Positions 49,644 through 63,135 are shown, counted from the stretch's first letter. The stretch: 64,000 nt of DNA from Octopus bimaculoides (GCF_001194135.2 NC_068987.1:16216904-16280903), one strand, 5' to 3'. Made by a program: numbers and translations. Notes: a model not told the origin generated them from the sequence alone.

Positions 49644-50105
49644 CAAGGCCCTCTTAACAGCATGATAGGCCCCTGGACAAATCTATGTGCTGGGGCCTAT
49701 TGTATTTATTTACTGTCAGCTGGACACAATATACATAAATCTCAATTGGGCTCCTAGACCTGCAAGGTTTCTGGGCAAATCAATGCACTGGGCCCTATAG
49801 TATATATTTATTAACAGTAAACAACAACACACATAGATTAAAATGGGAGCCCTAGGCTCCTGAGGCCTTTGGGCAAATTAATGCCTGGGAACCCTATAGT
49901 ATATATTTGTTGATAGTGTTATAGTATACATAGATTAGAATTAGGCTCCTAGACCTTTGAGGCCCCCAGGGAAATAAGTGCATTGGGCCCTATAGTACAT
50001 ATCTATTGATAGTAAGTCACAATATACATAGATTAGAATTGGGCTCCTGGACCTGTGAGGCCCCGAAGTAACTGCCCAGTCTGCTTATGCCTCAAGATGG
50101 CATTG
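49644..50105. mobile_element. hAT-type MITE with internal ~97-bp tandem repeats, nested in a SINE
   Basis: Ends CAAGGCCCTCTTAA and TCAAGATGGCATTG (11/14 inverted match); 8-bp flanks GTCTGTTG and GTCTGTCA; CTATWG motif at 49697, 49795, 49894 and 49990. Confidence 0.75.
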
Positions 50106-50503
50106 GTCTGTCATAGTATTAATTTCCCAGCTAATACTGGAGCTGATTTATGGCTGAGTGAGCAGGAGCAATGTGAAATAGTGTTTTGCTCAAGAACATG
50201 ATGCACTGCTTCGTCTGGGAATTGAAAACCATGATCTTACAATCATGAATGTGTGTAACTGACTGAGATTACAATACTCCCTCTGAACGAGATGCCAGGT
50301 CTATTGCAGAATTAACTTCCTGGCTGTTGCTAACATTCATTTACAACTGAGTAGATTGGAGCAACGTGAAATGAAGTATTTTTGCTCAAGATCACAATGT
50401 ACTGCCTGGTCATGGAATTGAGATCACAATCTTACAATTGAGTGTAACACTTTAACCGCTATGTGATGTGCTTAGATGGAGGTCCTACAACAGTTTAAAA
50501 TGT

Positions 50504-50545
<42 letters not shown>

Positions 50546-50965
50546 GTTCATACATTACATGCACACACATACACACACAGAGATTCAATTATGACATCTT
50601 CCCTGCTTGTATTTTCCCCTGTAGTTAGTAACTCAAAAAGATATTCGGGCTGGTCATTTACTGCCACAGTCTTGACCGTCTTGGATATACTACATAAGAT
50701 ATGATCTCCATGTCCTATTTCCTCTGACTAACTTATAAAAAACAAAATAAGACTAAAAAATAAAAAATAAACAAATACAAAAGAACAAATATGGCAAACA
50801 AACGTGGGTTTTTTTTTGTTCTGGGTTTCCTTTTTTTTTTGTTCTATATTTTTCAATTTTGTGTGCCCCTTCCGCATGTTACTCCTTGGTTTTGTGTTCG
50901 TCCCCTATACTCTTATGGTCAGCTGCCCCCCGTTTTTCTGTTTCTAGTTCTCTCTTTGTTTTCAG

Positions 50966-51187
50966 ATACGATTCAAGTAGTAGTTCTGAAGAATCCAGTT
51001 CGGACAGCATAGACTTGGAAGAGTCTGGCTCTTTGAGTGGAAGCAGCAGCAGTAGCAGCAGCAGCAGCTTTGAGGAGGGTTCATATGATGGGAGGCAGGG
51101 AAACATTATTTATAGCTGTAAAGATGATGAGGCAATTGCCCGTGGTGTGCCTGGCGCGAAGATGTTCGATCAGAACATTCGTGAGAC
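50966..51187 (+). CDS. KANK: KANK, 222-bp phase 2-2 exon (Ser/acidic region before the ankyrin repeats)
   Basis: Acceptor CTCTTTGTTTTCAG at 50965 and donor AC|GTAAGT at 51188. Splicing from 26890 gives SVQGG|YDSSSSSEESSSD, matching the recalled KANK1 NGGYETTSSDDSSSD motif. Confidence 0.92.
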
Positions 51188-51719
51188 GTAAGTAATAAAT
51201 AAGAAAAAAAATGTAACAAAAAAAAAATGAGGAGGGGAAAGAAAGAGATTGAGAAATGACAAGAAAAAAATGTAATGTAAAATATAAAGAATTTAATTGG
51301 GTTCACAAGATGGAGGTTGGAATGGATTGAGAGGAAAATGGAGGGTTTAAATCACAATTTGGAAGTGACAGAATTTGAGGTGAACGTTTGATGTATTGAA
51401 GAGATAGAAGTATTTTGTGGTGAATGTATTTTTGTTTTTATATAGGAAAGATGAAATAAAAGGTTATGTGAGATGTGGTGAGATAGTTCATGGAATGAAT
51501 TAGGTCATGTGAGATGAAATGTGATGTTTCTGTTGCAATGGAAATGGATTAGGCATGAGATGATGAGATGTAATCGGAATGGACTTGGTGGATGAGATAA
51601 AATGAGATGTGTTGGGAAATGTGACAAAATAAGGTATGAAGAGAAATTTGGCAAAGTAATGTGGCATGTGGAAAAACATGAAAGGATGTGGTTTGTGAGA
51701 AAAGTAACAACTTGGTATG

Positions 51720-52490
51720 GTGTGTGGTAGATGATGATAAAATTAAAATGATGTGGTGTTTGGGAAAAGGTGACGAAATGATGTGGTGTGTGGAAAATGT
51801 GATAAGAAAATATATTATGTGGTAAAATATAAAATACTGTGGAGCATGGGAGAGTGTGATAAAATGATGTGGTGTGTGGAAAATGTGATAAGATAATGTT
51901 GTGTGGTAAAATATAAAATACTGTGGAGCATGAGAGAGTGTGATAAAATGATGTGTGTGGAAAAAGGGTAACAAAAGGAATGGTGTTTGGGAAAAGGTGA
52001 CGAAATGATGTGGTGTGTGGAAAATGTGATAAGAAAATATATTGTGTGGTAAAATATAAGATACTGTGGAGCATGGGAGAATGTGATAAAATGATGTGGT
52101 GTGTGGAAAAAGGGTAACAAAAGGAATGGTGTATNNNNNNNNNNAGCATGGGAGAATGTGATAAAATGATGTGGTGTGTGGAAAAAGGGTAACAAAAGGA
52201 ATGGTGTATGGGAAAAGGTGACGAAATGATGTGGTGTGTGGAAAATGTGATAAGAAAATATATTGTGTGGTAAAATATAAGATACTGTGGAGCATGGGAG
52301 AATGTGATAAAATGATGTGGTGTGTGGAAAAAGGGTAACAAAAGGAATGGTGTATGGGAAAAGGTGATGAAATGTGGTGTGTAGAAAATATGATAAGATA
52401 ATATAGTGTGTGGAAAAATATAAACTCTGCCCCCTATAGTTTGTGGAAAAAGGTGATAAAATGATGTGGTGTGTGGAAAAAATGTTAAGA
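51720..52490. repeat. 146-bp G/T/A-rich minisatellite with internal sub-repeats
   Basis: GAAAAGGTGA at 51764, 51991, 52212 and 52358 (last spacing 146). A 10-N gap at 52135-52144 makes copy number uncertain. Confidence 0.85.
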
Positions 52491-53443
52491 AAATGTGATG
52501 CAGAGCAAAATGTGGTGTGTTGAGAAAGAATGATAAAATGTAATGGCTGATTAACCCTTTATCTGTCTAAGGCATATTTCATCAGTTTGTCCTGAATGTC
52601 TGTGCTTGTTTCCTGGATCTTGTGGGTTTTGGATTGTCATCGATGCTTCTGTGACTTTGCTTTTTAGTAGGTAGGGCTGTTGGCCCTATGAAAACACATT
52701 TTTACCTTTGGAATGAGCTGGTTCAAATTTGTCTGGCCTCTATCCATTGACCTGTCTTGATGTGGGAGGCCCTGCCAAGATCTTGCACTACATTGGTGCA
52801 GCTCTCTGGGTTCATCGATGCACATAAGCTACCTCACTGCAACAAAGATCGAACCTTGTGGTGGCACATTAACCAATATATACCCCTTACCTCATTTGTT
52901 TTTTGTTTTTTAGATCCTAAGGTGTGATGTGAGATGTGATTTGGCTGACATATCTAACAGGCTGACTGGTTGTGTAGAAGATTCCTTTGTTGGCTTGTTT
53001 TCAGTGACCTGCATGAGATGTAGTCAGCAAGACCGAAGGGGAAGGGACAATGCTTTGCCAAAGTTACAATACATCAAACTATGATGTTATTGTTTTCTCT
53101 TTCTTTCTTTCCTTCTTTCTCTTTGTCACTTTCGCTATCCTTCCCAGCCCCCACTCTTGTCTATATCCTTTTCTCCCTCTGGTTCTTTCTTATCTGTTAG
53201 TCTGTCTTTCTTCCTCTCTCTCACAAACACATTTTCAGTATTGTCTTTTGTTTCTCTTTCACTCTTCTTGCTCTCTCTTTCATTCTCTGTTTTCCTTTAC
53301 TCCTCCCCTTTCCCCCCCTCTGTTTCTTTGTCTCTTTCTTTTCTTCACTCTCCCTCTTTGTCTCCTTTCTATCTCTCTTACACACTCCCTCTTCTTCCAA
53401 TGCAGTTCTTGTCTTAGTTTTCGTTTGTGCGAGATGAATATAG

Positions 53444-53499
<56 letters not shown>

Positions 53500-53991
53500 T
53501 CATGCATTTGTGTGTGTTATGGATGTCATTGTATATGTATGCATGTGTGTTATCGATGTGTGTGTGTATGTATATTTATGTGTCTGTATTAAAGATGTGT
53601 GTGTGTGTGTGTGTGTGCATATATATTTAATGTGTTATAAATGCATGTGTGTTTATATTGTAGGTGTATATTTGTGCATTACTGATGTATATGTCTGTGT
53701 TGTGGATGTATATATGATGGTGTTTGACTCATAGAAGAATGTGTGTGTGTATTTGTACATATCTGCATGTGTGTTAATGAGTCTAGGTGTATGTATGCAT
53801 GTATATATGTATATACGTTGTTTATGTGTTTCCATATATGCTGTTATGGTATTCACAATTTGTGTGAGTGCGTGTATTCATGCATATCTGCATGTCTGTT
53901 TTACAAGTCTCGGTATGTATGTATGTATTCATACATATCTGCATGTGTTCATACAAGTCTGTATGTATGTGTGTGTATGTGTGTATTTATG

Positions 53992-54033
<42 letters not shown>

Positions 54034-55779
54034 TGTGTATATATGCCTGTCTGGGATCCATCTGTGTATGTATGTTTGTACTTATTTATTTAATTATTTA
54101 TTTATTTGTGTGTGTTTGTGCACAATCTGTGTGCACATCTTTACTTCAGCCCCATTCCAGACCATTCCATTCCACTTCATTCAGAATTTCAATTCCCATC
54201 CTTTATGCCCTTCTACTCCAGGTCTGCATTCCCCTACACATGCACCTCACTGTCCCCACCCCAGCCTTTCCCATTCTTCAATATTCAAGTACCTACCCCC
54301 TCATAGCCTCTACCCTCCACACTTCAGCTCATTCTCTTGCCATCACTTTAATTAAATTACATATTTCTCTGATATTTCCTTCACGTTTTGCACTAACACC
54401 AATGGTCAGTGGAGTTTTATTTAATTTTTTTTTTCTTGCTACTTTTCTTTTTTTAAAAGTTTTAACACATTGCTGATATTTTGTGATTTCTCTTTGCTTG
54501 TGGGGCTTATTATCATAATTATTATTATCATCATTGTTCTTGTTTTTATTATTGTATTTATTATCAGTATTTTGAGAAACAATTGTTATTGTGATAATGT
54601 AAACATTATTATTTTATTTTATTTTAGAAACTATTATTATTATTATTATTATTATTTGCTCCTGATTTATTCTTCACAGCTGCTATGTATTCTTACAATT
54701 GATTTTCTTCAACAGCCAATCAATGGCCACTGAATCAATCTAAGCACAAATGGATTAATTGGTCAAGAAAAAAAACAAAAAAACAAAAAAAAAAAAACCC
54801 AGACAAAACAAAAATACAACAAAAGTTAAACAAAAGCACCTTTCCCAAATATTAACATACTATCAGCATAATATCATAACCATCAACATAATAATGGTAA
54901 TCAATTTTACTGTACTGCCACTACTACCATCACCCATTATTACTGCCGTTATCTTTTACATTACCATGACCATCACCAATGTCATCACCATGACCACCAC
55001 CAACAACATAAAAAATACAATACCACTATAGTTGTAACCGTCATCACCGCCACCACCACTGATCATCGTAATCATCATCATAACCAATGCTATCATGATT
55101 GTAATGTAGTGGCACCACTGCTGCCACTACCACCACCACCACCACCACCACCCATCATAACCACTCCCATCATTACTGTCACTGCCACCATTAACATTTG
55201 TGTGATTTGCTAGAAATGGTAGCTGAATTCTCACAAATCACAATCCTACTTACTACCTTGAAAGATGACACATTAGGCGCATCTTTCTATAAGCCGTACA
55301 CTTAATTTCCCAGGTAAAAAATAGCGACTTATTCACTGGAAAATCCAGTACTACAGCTGGATATCCTACCTGTCATCCAACGCTTTATAGAATATACTGG
55401 ATATACTTTATTGTCCCACCAGCACTAGAGCAATTAATCCTCTGCTCTAATAAAGTTATTCAGTGTTACTGTCATTATAGTCATTATCGGAGAAACATTT
55501 TTATGACAAAAACATAATTACCACCTGCATGTGCCCCAGCATGGCTGTAGTCTAATGACTAAAACAGGTAAAAGAGGAGATACTAAATATATACATGCTG
55601 TTAGAAGGCATAATGATGGGAAAGTTTTTTGAAATCAAATCTTTCCATAAATTTGTTATGTTGAAATATGTCATACTTGAGTGAAAAGCGCATTGTCACT
55701 GCAGTAATTCATAAGAATGGTAGATTGTTTCACCTTTGTTGAGGCTTGTCTATGCCATGCACTCAATTGTCACCTGCTA

Positions 55780-55962
55780 AATCCTTTAGCATTTAAACTG
55801 GCCATATCTGGCCTCTCACATCTACCCTACAATGTCATTTAAAAAAATAAACAGTCACACCATCGAAATCTCAAAGCTACAAAATAGTACATAGTTTATT
55901 CAAAGCAATGTGAATAACTAAGCATTGCATTTGATAAAGCAATCTGAATGCTTAAAGGTTAA
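55780..55962 (+). mobile_element. piggyBac-type MITE, internally deleted copy
   Basis: Matches 59926-60145 but lacks the segment between the GGCCATATC and GATCTGGCC near-direct repeats. Confidence 0.7.
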
Positions 55963-56364
55963 ATGAAATTTGTGCTTCAAAATATAGAAAATGGTGAATA
56001 AAAACATTCACTGGTATTGTGGAAGTTTGCCAAGCTGTAGAAAAAAACTTGGTGTACACAATTAAAATAGCTTTAAACTAAAATCACCATCTGCATATCA
56101 TACTAAATGTACGCACATCATTAAAAGGCATGAAACAGTGGAATTATTGGAGATAAAAGTTTCTTTGTAGATTTGTTGTGTTAAAAACAGTATGTATATC
56201 AGAACAAGAAAACATCCTTGCTCTAGTGATTTATGAGAAAGACTGACCTATTTCACCTTTCTAGAAACTATTCAGTGCTGTGCACCTGATAGTCACCTGC
56301 TTAAAGGAAATTCGTACAATTCATGCATTGATGTATATGCAGAGGAAATAGAATAAAGCATTAG

Positions 56365-56600
56365 TGGAGGTGCATGGCTTAATGGTTAAAGTGTTCGGCT
56401 CATGATCATAAGATTGGTTTTGATTGCAGGACCAGGCAATGTGTTCTTGAGAAAAACACTTCATTTTGTGTTGCTGCAGTCTGCTCAGCTGGCAAAAATG
56501 AGTATTCCTGTGACAGACTGGCGACCCACCCAGGAGAAAATATATGTGTCACAAAAATTAGAAAACCAGCCCTATGATTCTATATGACTCGAGAAGGAAT
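56365..56600 (+). mobile_element. tRNA-derived SINE (further family)
   Basis: GGTGCATGGCTTAATGGTTAAAGTG head, GTGTTCTTGAGAAAAACACTT core-like segment and GACTGGCGACCCACCCAGG tail resembling the 38190-38285 tail. Confidence 0.6.
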
Positions 56601-57323
56601 TAGTGAATAAAATATTCACTGATATTGCAGAAGTCTGCTAGAATTGCATATACTGAAAGAAAAATCATATTCAAGTTTAGGTTAGAATGTAAAAGACCTT
56701 GAATCTGAGCCAAGTTAATGGTGGAAACTGTGACAAAAAACTTAGCCTGAAATGTCAAGATTTTTGTGTCACCCCACCACCCAAAATCTGGCATACAAGC
56801 TTAACAAAATTTCTAAAGTTCACTAGACTGTGATATTTTGCAATGCAGGTTATTACTCTGTGCTGCATGATGGTTTTCATCATGACTGTTTTAGGGTCTG
56901 ATTGAAGCATCACCTTACTGTGTATCTTGGCTGGATCTTCTGTACTACATCTCTCTATGTGCACACAGATGCATGAGATTTGGGTGGACGAAATGGATGG
57001 GTGTGCAAAGATTTCAGATAAGCGGATGCACTTCCTGTTGCTGTTAATTACTGTGTTACAGTGAGGCCATGTGCAATTATATTGCACACCACATAAAACA
57101 AACAAACAAATGACAATAGAATAATGAGGGAGCCTCAATATTGTTGCTTGATCTGCTAAAAAGTGCAGCATAATTGCCCTCATATAACATTTACTAGCTT
57201 AAAAAAGAGGGAGGTTTACGTTAAACAAAGGAGCTGTAGCTACTCATAAAAAGACAATGGTAACAGTTTGAATGCATTTAATCTTAAATTTCCTCGCTCA
57301 GAGTTGCCTTAGGGCTAAACAAT

Positions 57324-57694
57324 TTGTGGCACTCCATCGGTTACGACGATGAGGGTTCCTGTTGATCCGATCAACGGAACAGCCTGCTCATGAAATTAAC
57401 ATGCAAGTGGCTGAGCACTCCACAGACACGTGTACCCTGAACGTAGTTCTCGGGGATATTCATCGTGACAAGGCTGGCCCTTTGAATTACAGGCAGAACA
57501 GAAGCAGGAAGTAAGAGCGAGAGAAAGTTGTGGTGAAAGAGTACAGCAGGGTTCACCACCAACCCCTGCCAGAGCCTCATGGAGCTTTAGGCGTTTTTGT
57601 TCAATAAACAATCACAACACTCTGTCTGGGAATCGAAACCGCGATCCTATGACCACTAGTCCACTGCCCTAACCACTGGGCCATTGTGCCTCCA
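57324..57694 (-). mobile_element. tRNA-derived SINE family C, full length
   Basis: Near-identical to 14394-14702 and also contains the segment seen at 13200-13244. Confidence 0.85.
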
Positions 57695-59032
57695 CAAATA
57701 ACAACTAGCATAAGTAGAGGTACTGTCATTCCATATTAGTATGGCTTTTATTTTGAATGCATTTTGAAACAGTTTGAATGCATTTAATCTTAAATTTCCT
57801 TGCTCAGAGTTGCCTTAGGACTAAACAATAACAACAAACATAAGTAGAGATGCCATCATTCTATATTAGTCTGGCTTTTTATTCTTAAACCTTTCAAGTA
57901 TAGGAATCTCTACCAAGATTTTATTCTTTGTTGGCATGGCAATCAGGACCATTGATCCACACCAGCTGCCATACTGCAATGACTGCACCTATTTGTGGAA
58001 ACCTCATTTAAGGCTCTCATTATTTGGGCTGATTTTTGTTTGGGTTTCTGGACCCCTTAATTTAAGGGGTCCATCTTAATTTTCATCTCTTGCCTCCTCT
58101 GTGACACTATTTTGAAATTAGATTTTATTTTGGATAAATTCTCTGTTTTGTCACCACCTCTCTCCACAAATGTATTGATTAACCCCATTTTTCAACTGAA
58201 ATTTCTATGAACTCTCGGTAAACTTTGTCTTCAGGTCATTGAATATCTTATTCACCTATTCACAAAATAATTCAGTGTTTATTGTGTGAAGGAGCTGTTT
58301 GAATATGTTGGCAGATTTGATTTAATGAAATTCACAAAGTTACAAATTATAATATACACCTGTAATAGATAAGTATATAATTCTATAGATCAGGTAGTTT
58401 ATTATATACACCTGTAATCATTCTGTATTGGGCAGTGTAATATAACAACCATTAGTAAAGAAGCTATTCCATAGAACATGTCATTCCACAGGTACATTGA
58501 ATGATGGTGAAATTGTCATTCTGTATAGGTGAGGTGTTTATTATACATTCATGTGATCATTGCAGATGAGGTTCTCTTAGCTCTTATATCCTTCAGTGCT
58601 GTCAGCACAATGGGCAATGAGCCTTCTCCAAATATCCTGTTTATTTGCTTCCTCTTAGCTCCACTCAGACCAACTCCCATCGTCTTTATTGGTCTTCCAT
58701 TTGATTTTCATCTTACTTCTGGTGTCCACTCATCATGATGGTAGCATCTCTCTCCTGTGGTAATTGAAGCACATGGTCAGTCAATAAACCATATCTACTG
58801 CTTGGTCACCATTTTCTGCAAACTTCCTATGCCAGCTCTTCTCATAAGCATTGATTTATTCACCTAAATACTTTAATGGCCATAGTCCAATGACAGGAAC
58901 AATTAAAAGATAAAAATCAATGGTAGAGTAGTAGTTATTCTGAAGACATGGCTTAGCGGTTAAGGTATTGCACTCACGATTGCGAGATTGTGGGTTTGAT
59001 TCCCAGACTGGGCATTATATATATATATATAA

Positions 59033-59189
59033 GATGTGGCTGTATGGTAAGAAGCTTGCTTTTCAACCACATGGCTCCAGGTTCAGTTCCATTGCATGGT
59101 ATCTTGGGCAAGTGTCTTCTACGATAGCCTTGGGCCGATCAAAGCCTTGTGAGTGGATTTGGTAGACGGAAACTGAAAACGGCCCATCG

Positions 59190-59234
<45 letters not shown>

Positions 59235-59441
59235 CTGTGTCTATCCTCCCACCAGTGCTTGACAACTGGTACCTGGTGTGTTCGCATTCTTATAAATTTG
59301 TGGTTTGGCTAAAGAGACTGATAGAATAAATACTTATAAAAAAACATAAGTACTGGGGGTTGATTCAGTTGACGAAAGATCCAAGACATTGCCCCAGCAT
59401 GGCCGCAGTCTAATGACTGAAACAAGTACAAGAATAAAAGA
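59033..59441 (+). mobile_element. tRNA-derived SINE family A, full length
   Basis: Collinear with the reverse complement of 33941-34358, including the internal (TA)n. Confidence 0.85.
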
Positions 59442-59925
59442 ACATTGAGCAGTAATAAAGAAGTTTCTAATTCTATAGACTACATGGTTTGTGATATACA
59501 TCATTGATAAAGAAGTTGTTATTCTATACTGATCTAGGTAGGCTTTTCTTTATATATACAACAGTGGCTGAGAAATTTATAATTCTATAGACCAGGTGGT
59601 TTCATTATATACATCATCGATAAAGAAGTTGTTATTCTATATACGAGATAATTTATTATGTACACCTCCTGTGGTTGTGAAATTATCTCAAACTAGGTTA
59701 TTTATTATGTACGGCAGTGGTTGAGGTTTGTTTTCTCAGATTAGGGTATATAAATTTTATATACACACTCGTGGCAGTGTTGGTATTATTTCAGGTTATT
59801 TTAAAATTATTTGGAGGACGTTGCTGTTAGTTGTGTAGCGCTAGGTTAACAGTGATCGAGCAGATTTTTAAACAAAAGTTTTCTAGTTGTGACAATCTCT
59901 ACACTGTCCTGTGTGTCCTTTTTAA

Positions 59926-60145
59926 CCCTTTAGCATTTAAACTGGCCATATCCAGCCCAAATATTTTACCTGTTTTATATTCAAACTGGCTAGATTTGGT
60001 CTCTCACACCTACCCTATAATGTCATTCTAAAAATAAACAGTCACATCATTGAAATTTCATAGCTACAAGATAATGCATAATTAATTCAAAACAATGTGA
60101 ATAAATAAGTATTATATTTAACAGAGTAATCTGAATGCTAAAGGG
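59926..60145 (+). mobile_element. piggyBac-type MITE, intact 220-bp copy
   Basis: Perfect 12-bp TIR CCCTTTAGCATT / AATGCTAAAGGG flanked by TTAA on both sides (59922-59925 and 60146-60149), the piggyBac target duplication. Confidence 0.9.
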
Positions 60146-61726
60146 TTAAAGTGATTTGGCTGCTATTTCTACCAGATTCAGCAGTCGCGTAGACACTCCC
60201 TCATTAGCTTGCTACCTGGCTGTGTGAATAAGTACAAAGTATTTCTGGTACAGTTACCTGCAGTAGATTCTTCTCTGCCCAGGAAGACTTAAAATATGAA
60301 ACCTGTGTTAAGGGTTTCTGACATCTGGATGTTGTTAAAATTGCGGATCTGATTGATATTGTGGGTATTGTTTGAGACTGTTAACCAACAGGTTTTGAGT
60401 TCAGATCTACTGCAGGTGTTTTATTGTGTAATTTGGGCAGTACATCAATTTCCACATGCCTCAATTCATGCTAGTTGTATTGAATGATGTGGTGAAAGCT
60501 GATTATAAGCTAGAGTTCACACTGGAGCATTGGACAAAATGGTTTGTGTTATTATTCCAGCTCCCATTGTTTAAAGTTCTAATCCCACCGAGGTCGGCTT
60601 TACTACTCATTCTTCTATGGTTGATATATTTATCAGATCTTAATGTAGGTTTTAAATCTTCCTGGGTAGAGAAGAATGTATTGTAGGAATCTGTCTCAGA
60701 TATGTTTCGTACCTATTCCGACAGCTTGGTAGCAGGCTAATGAGAGACATCTTCATGACAGCTCAACTTGTTAAAAATGGTAGCCAAATCACCCTCAAAC
60801 TCTACTGTTTAAAAAAAAAGATGGTTAATTGTTAGAATCAACAGAATGTCAGATGGACACCTTGCATTATTTTTCCTGGTTCTTTGCATTTTGAGTTCAA
60901 ATCCTGCCAAGGCCTACTAAGGTCCTTGACTTAATCCCATTGCCCAGATTTAACACGGCCATCTGAACCTTGGGTACCTTCAGTATAAGTCCACTCTGTT
61001 GCAAGCATTTGTGTCAGGTTTGAAGATATCTTCCTTCTACTTTTCCACCATTGTCGAAGGCCCTGGGAAGGATCATGGGAGCCTGATTTTCACCATGAAC
61101 CTGGAATCAAGCCCTGTTTAGTACACCTGTAATCACCCTACTTCTGTGGGTTTCGATGACATCTGCATATTTACTTTTTCTTGGCTCTCTGCATTTACAT
61201 GATAAAAGTTGATACAAGCATTTAGGCTATTCAACAACGAAGATAATTATTCTGTAACTAGTTGTCATCATTATTTTCACATCCACTTTTCCATGTCTGT
61301 ATGGGTCGGATGGAATTTGTTGAGGTGGATTTATCTATGGCCAAATGCCCTTCCTGTTATCAACCCTCACCTGTTTCCTAGTAATATTTCCCCATGACTG
61401 GACATGATTACATGGAAGATTGAAAATGGACAGCGCTTGCATGTCGGTGGCACTCGCTTGCAACAACCATGTGATGTCAAGACAAGGAGATAGTAACACA
61501 CACATATACATACATACATATATTTATGTGTTTGTATACACATAAATACACAGTGAGAATTTACAAAATCAAAAGCAAAAGATGAAGACGGGTATATAAA
61601 CAACAAACAGATGTGTTAGATTAATGCCTGGGAAGTGAGAAAGTCTTTTACGTTTCGAGCCTATGCTCTTTGACAGAAATAAACAGGGAGAGAAAATAAA
61701 AAAGGTTTAGTGGCTAGCGATCTATC

Positions 61727-61778
<52 letters not shown>

Positions 61779-61810
61779 GTGCACACACATATATATATAN
61801 NNNNNNNNNT

Positions 61811-62085
61811 TTATCGACCCCGAATGGATGATAGGCAAAGTCGACCTCGGCGGAATTTGAACTCAGAACGTAGCGGCAGACGAAATACTGCTAAGCATTT
61901 CGCCCGGTGTGTTAACGTTTCTGCCAGCTCGCCGCCTTTCAGTTTCTGTCTACCAAATCCACTCACCAGGCTTTGCCAGAGCCTGGCATTATAGTAGAAG
62001 ATACTTGCCCAAGATAGTGTGCAGCAGGACTGAACCCAAGACCACATGGTTAGGAAGCAAACTCCTCAACCACACAACCATGCCT
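61811..62085 (-). mobile_element. Young SINE family B 5' part abutting a family A 5' part
   Basis: 61811-61938 is the CpG-rich reverse complement of AAGGCGGCGAGCTGGCAGAAACG...; 61937-62085 is a family A head and core. Confidence 0.8.
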
Positions 62086-62799
62086 GTACCATATCATTAT
62101 ACGTAATAGAAAACAAAATTGCTATGATTACATTAAAACCAACCGAAAAAAAAAAAAGTCAACATTATTAGAGATACAGAACAGAGTTAGCTACTTCAGT
62201 TTCGTATTCAGTCTTTTGAATCCAAAATACAAATGCCACACAGAGAATAATACAGAACTTGGTGCATTTTGGGTGTTTGTATATAATAAATCACATTTGT
62301 TAATTAATTTTTCCTCTTTTCTTTTTTTTTGTTAATGAAATCCTTGGTGAATACAGTTTTAGCTTTTGTATCAATTTCTGAAAATATATATATATATATA
62401 TANNNNNNNNNNNNNNNNNNNNNNNNNNNNNNNNNNNNNNNNNNNNNNNNNNNNNNNNNNNNNNNNNNNNNNNNNNNNNNNNNNNNNNNNNNNNNNNNNN
62501 NNNNNNNNNNNNNNNNNNNNNNNNNNNNNNNNNNNNNNNNNNNNNNNNNNNNNNNNNNNNNNNNNNNNNNNNNNNNNNTTCATCACATATATATATATAT
62601 TTCTCTCTTTCTTCCACGTCCTCTCTGTATATCTCTCTGTTTTGTTATTCCTACTTCCTCTCTCATTCTCTCTTTCTCCCCCCTCCCCCTCCCCACTTTC
62701 TGTATTTCACTTTACATCTTGGACTTTTTCAAAAAATTACTCTGTTCTGCTTTTCTATCCTCTTTTGTATTCTAAAGTTTTATTCTTTGTTTTTCTACT

Positions 62800-63135
62800 T
62801 GTTCTTTCATCTCTCCTGTCTCTTTCTTTCTTTTATTTCTTTCTCTCTCTCTTTCTTTCCCTCGCTCTCTTTCTTTCCCTCGCTCTTTTTCTTTCTTTCT
62901 TTCTTTCTCTCTCTCTTTCTTTCTCCCTCTCTTTCTTTCTTTCTTTCTCTCTTTCTTTCTTTCTCTTTCTTTCTCCCTCTTTCTTTCTCTCTTTCTTTCT
63001 CTTTTTCTCTCTTTCTCTCTCTTTCTTTCTCTTTTTATCTCTCTTTCTCTCTCTTTCTTTCTCTTTCTCTCTCTTTCTTTCTCTTTTTCTCTCTTTCTTT
63101 CTCTCTCTCGCTTTCTCTCTGTCCCTCCTTTTTGA
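62800..63135. repeat. (CT)n/(CTTT)n polypyrimidine tract
   Basis: Almost pure C/T on the + strand; similar tracts at 11360-11595 and 47842-47917. Confidence 0.9.

Noticed and set aside
54385-54745. ACTAAC motif and acceptors at 54679 and 54715 (would end ...TQSMATESI*)
   Set aside because: No recognisable motif in the peptide, and AT-rich sequence makes chance acceptors likely.
55275-55350. Sequence like a pogo/Tigger right end (GCGACTTATTCACTGGAAAATCCAGTA)
   Set aside because: Only one degenerate end is visible, with no partner TIR or TA duplication.
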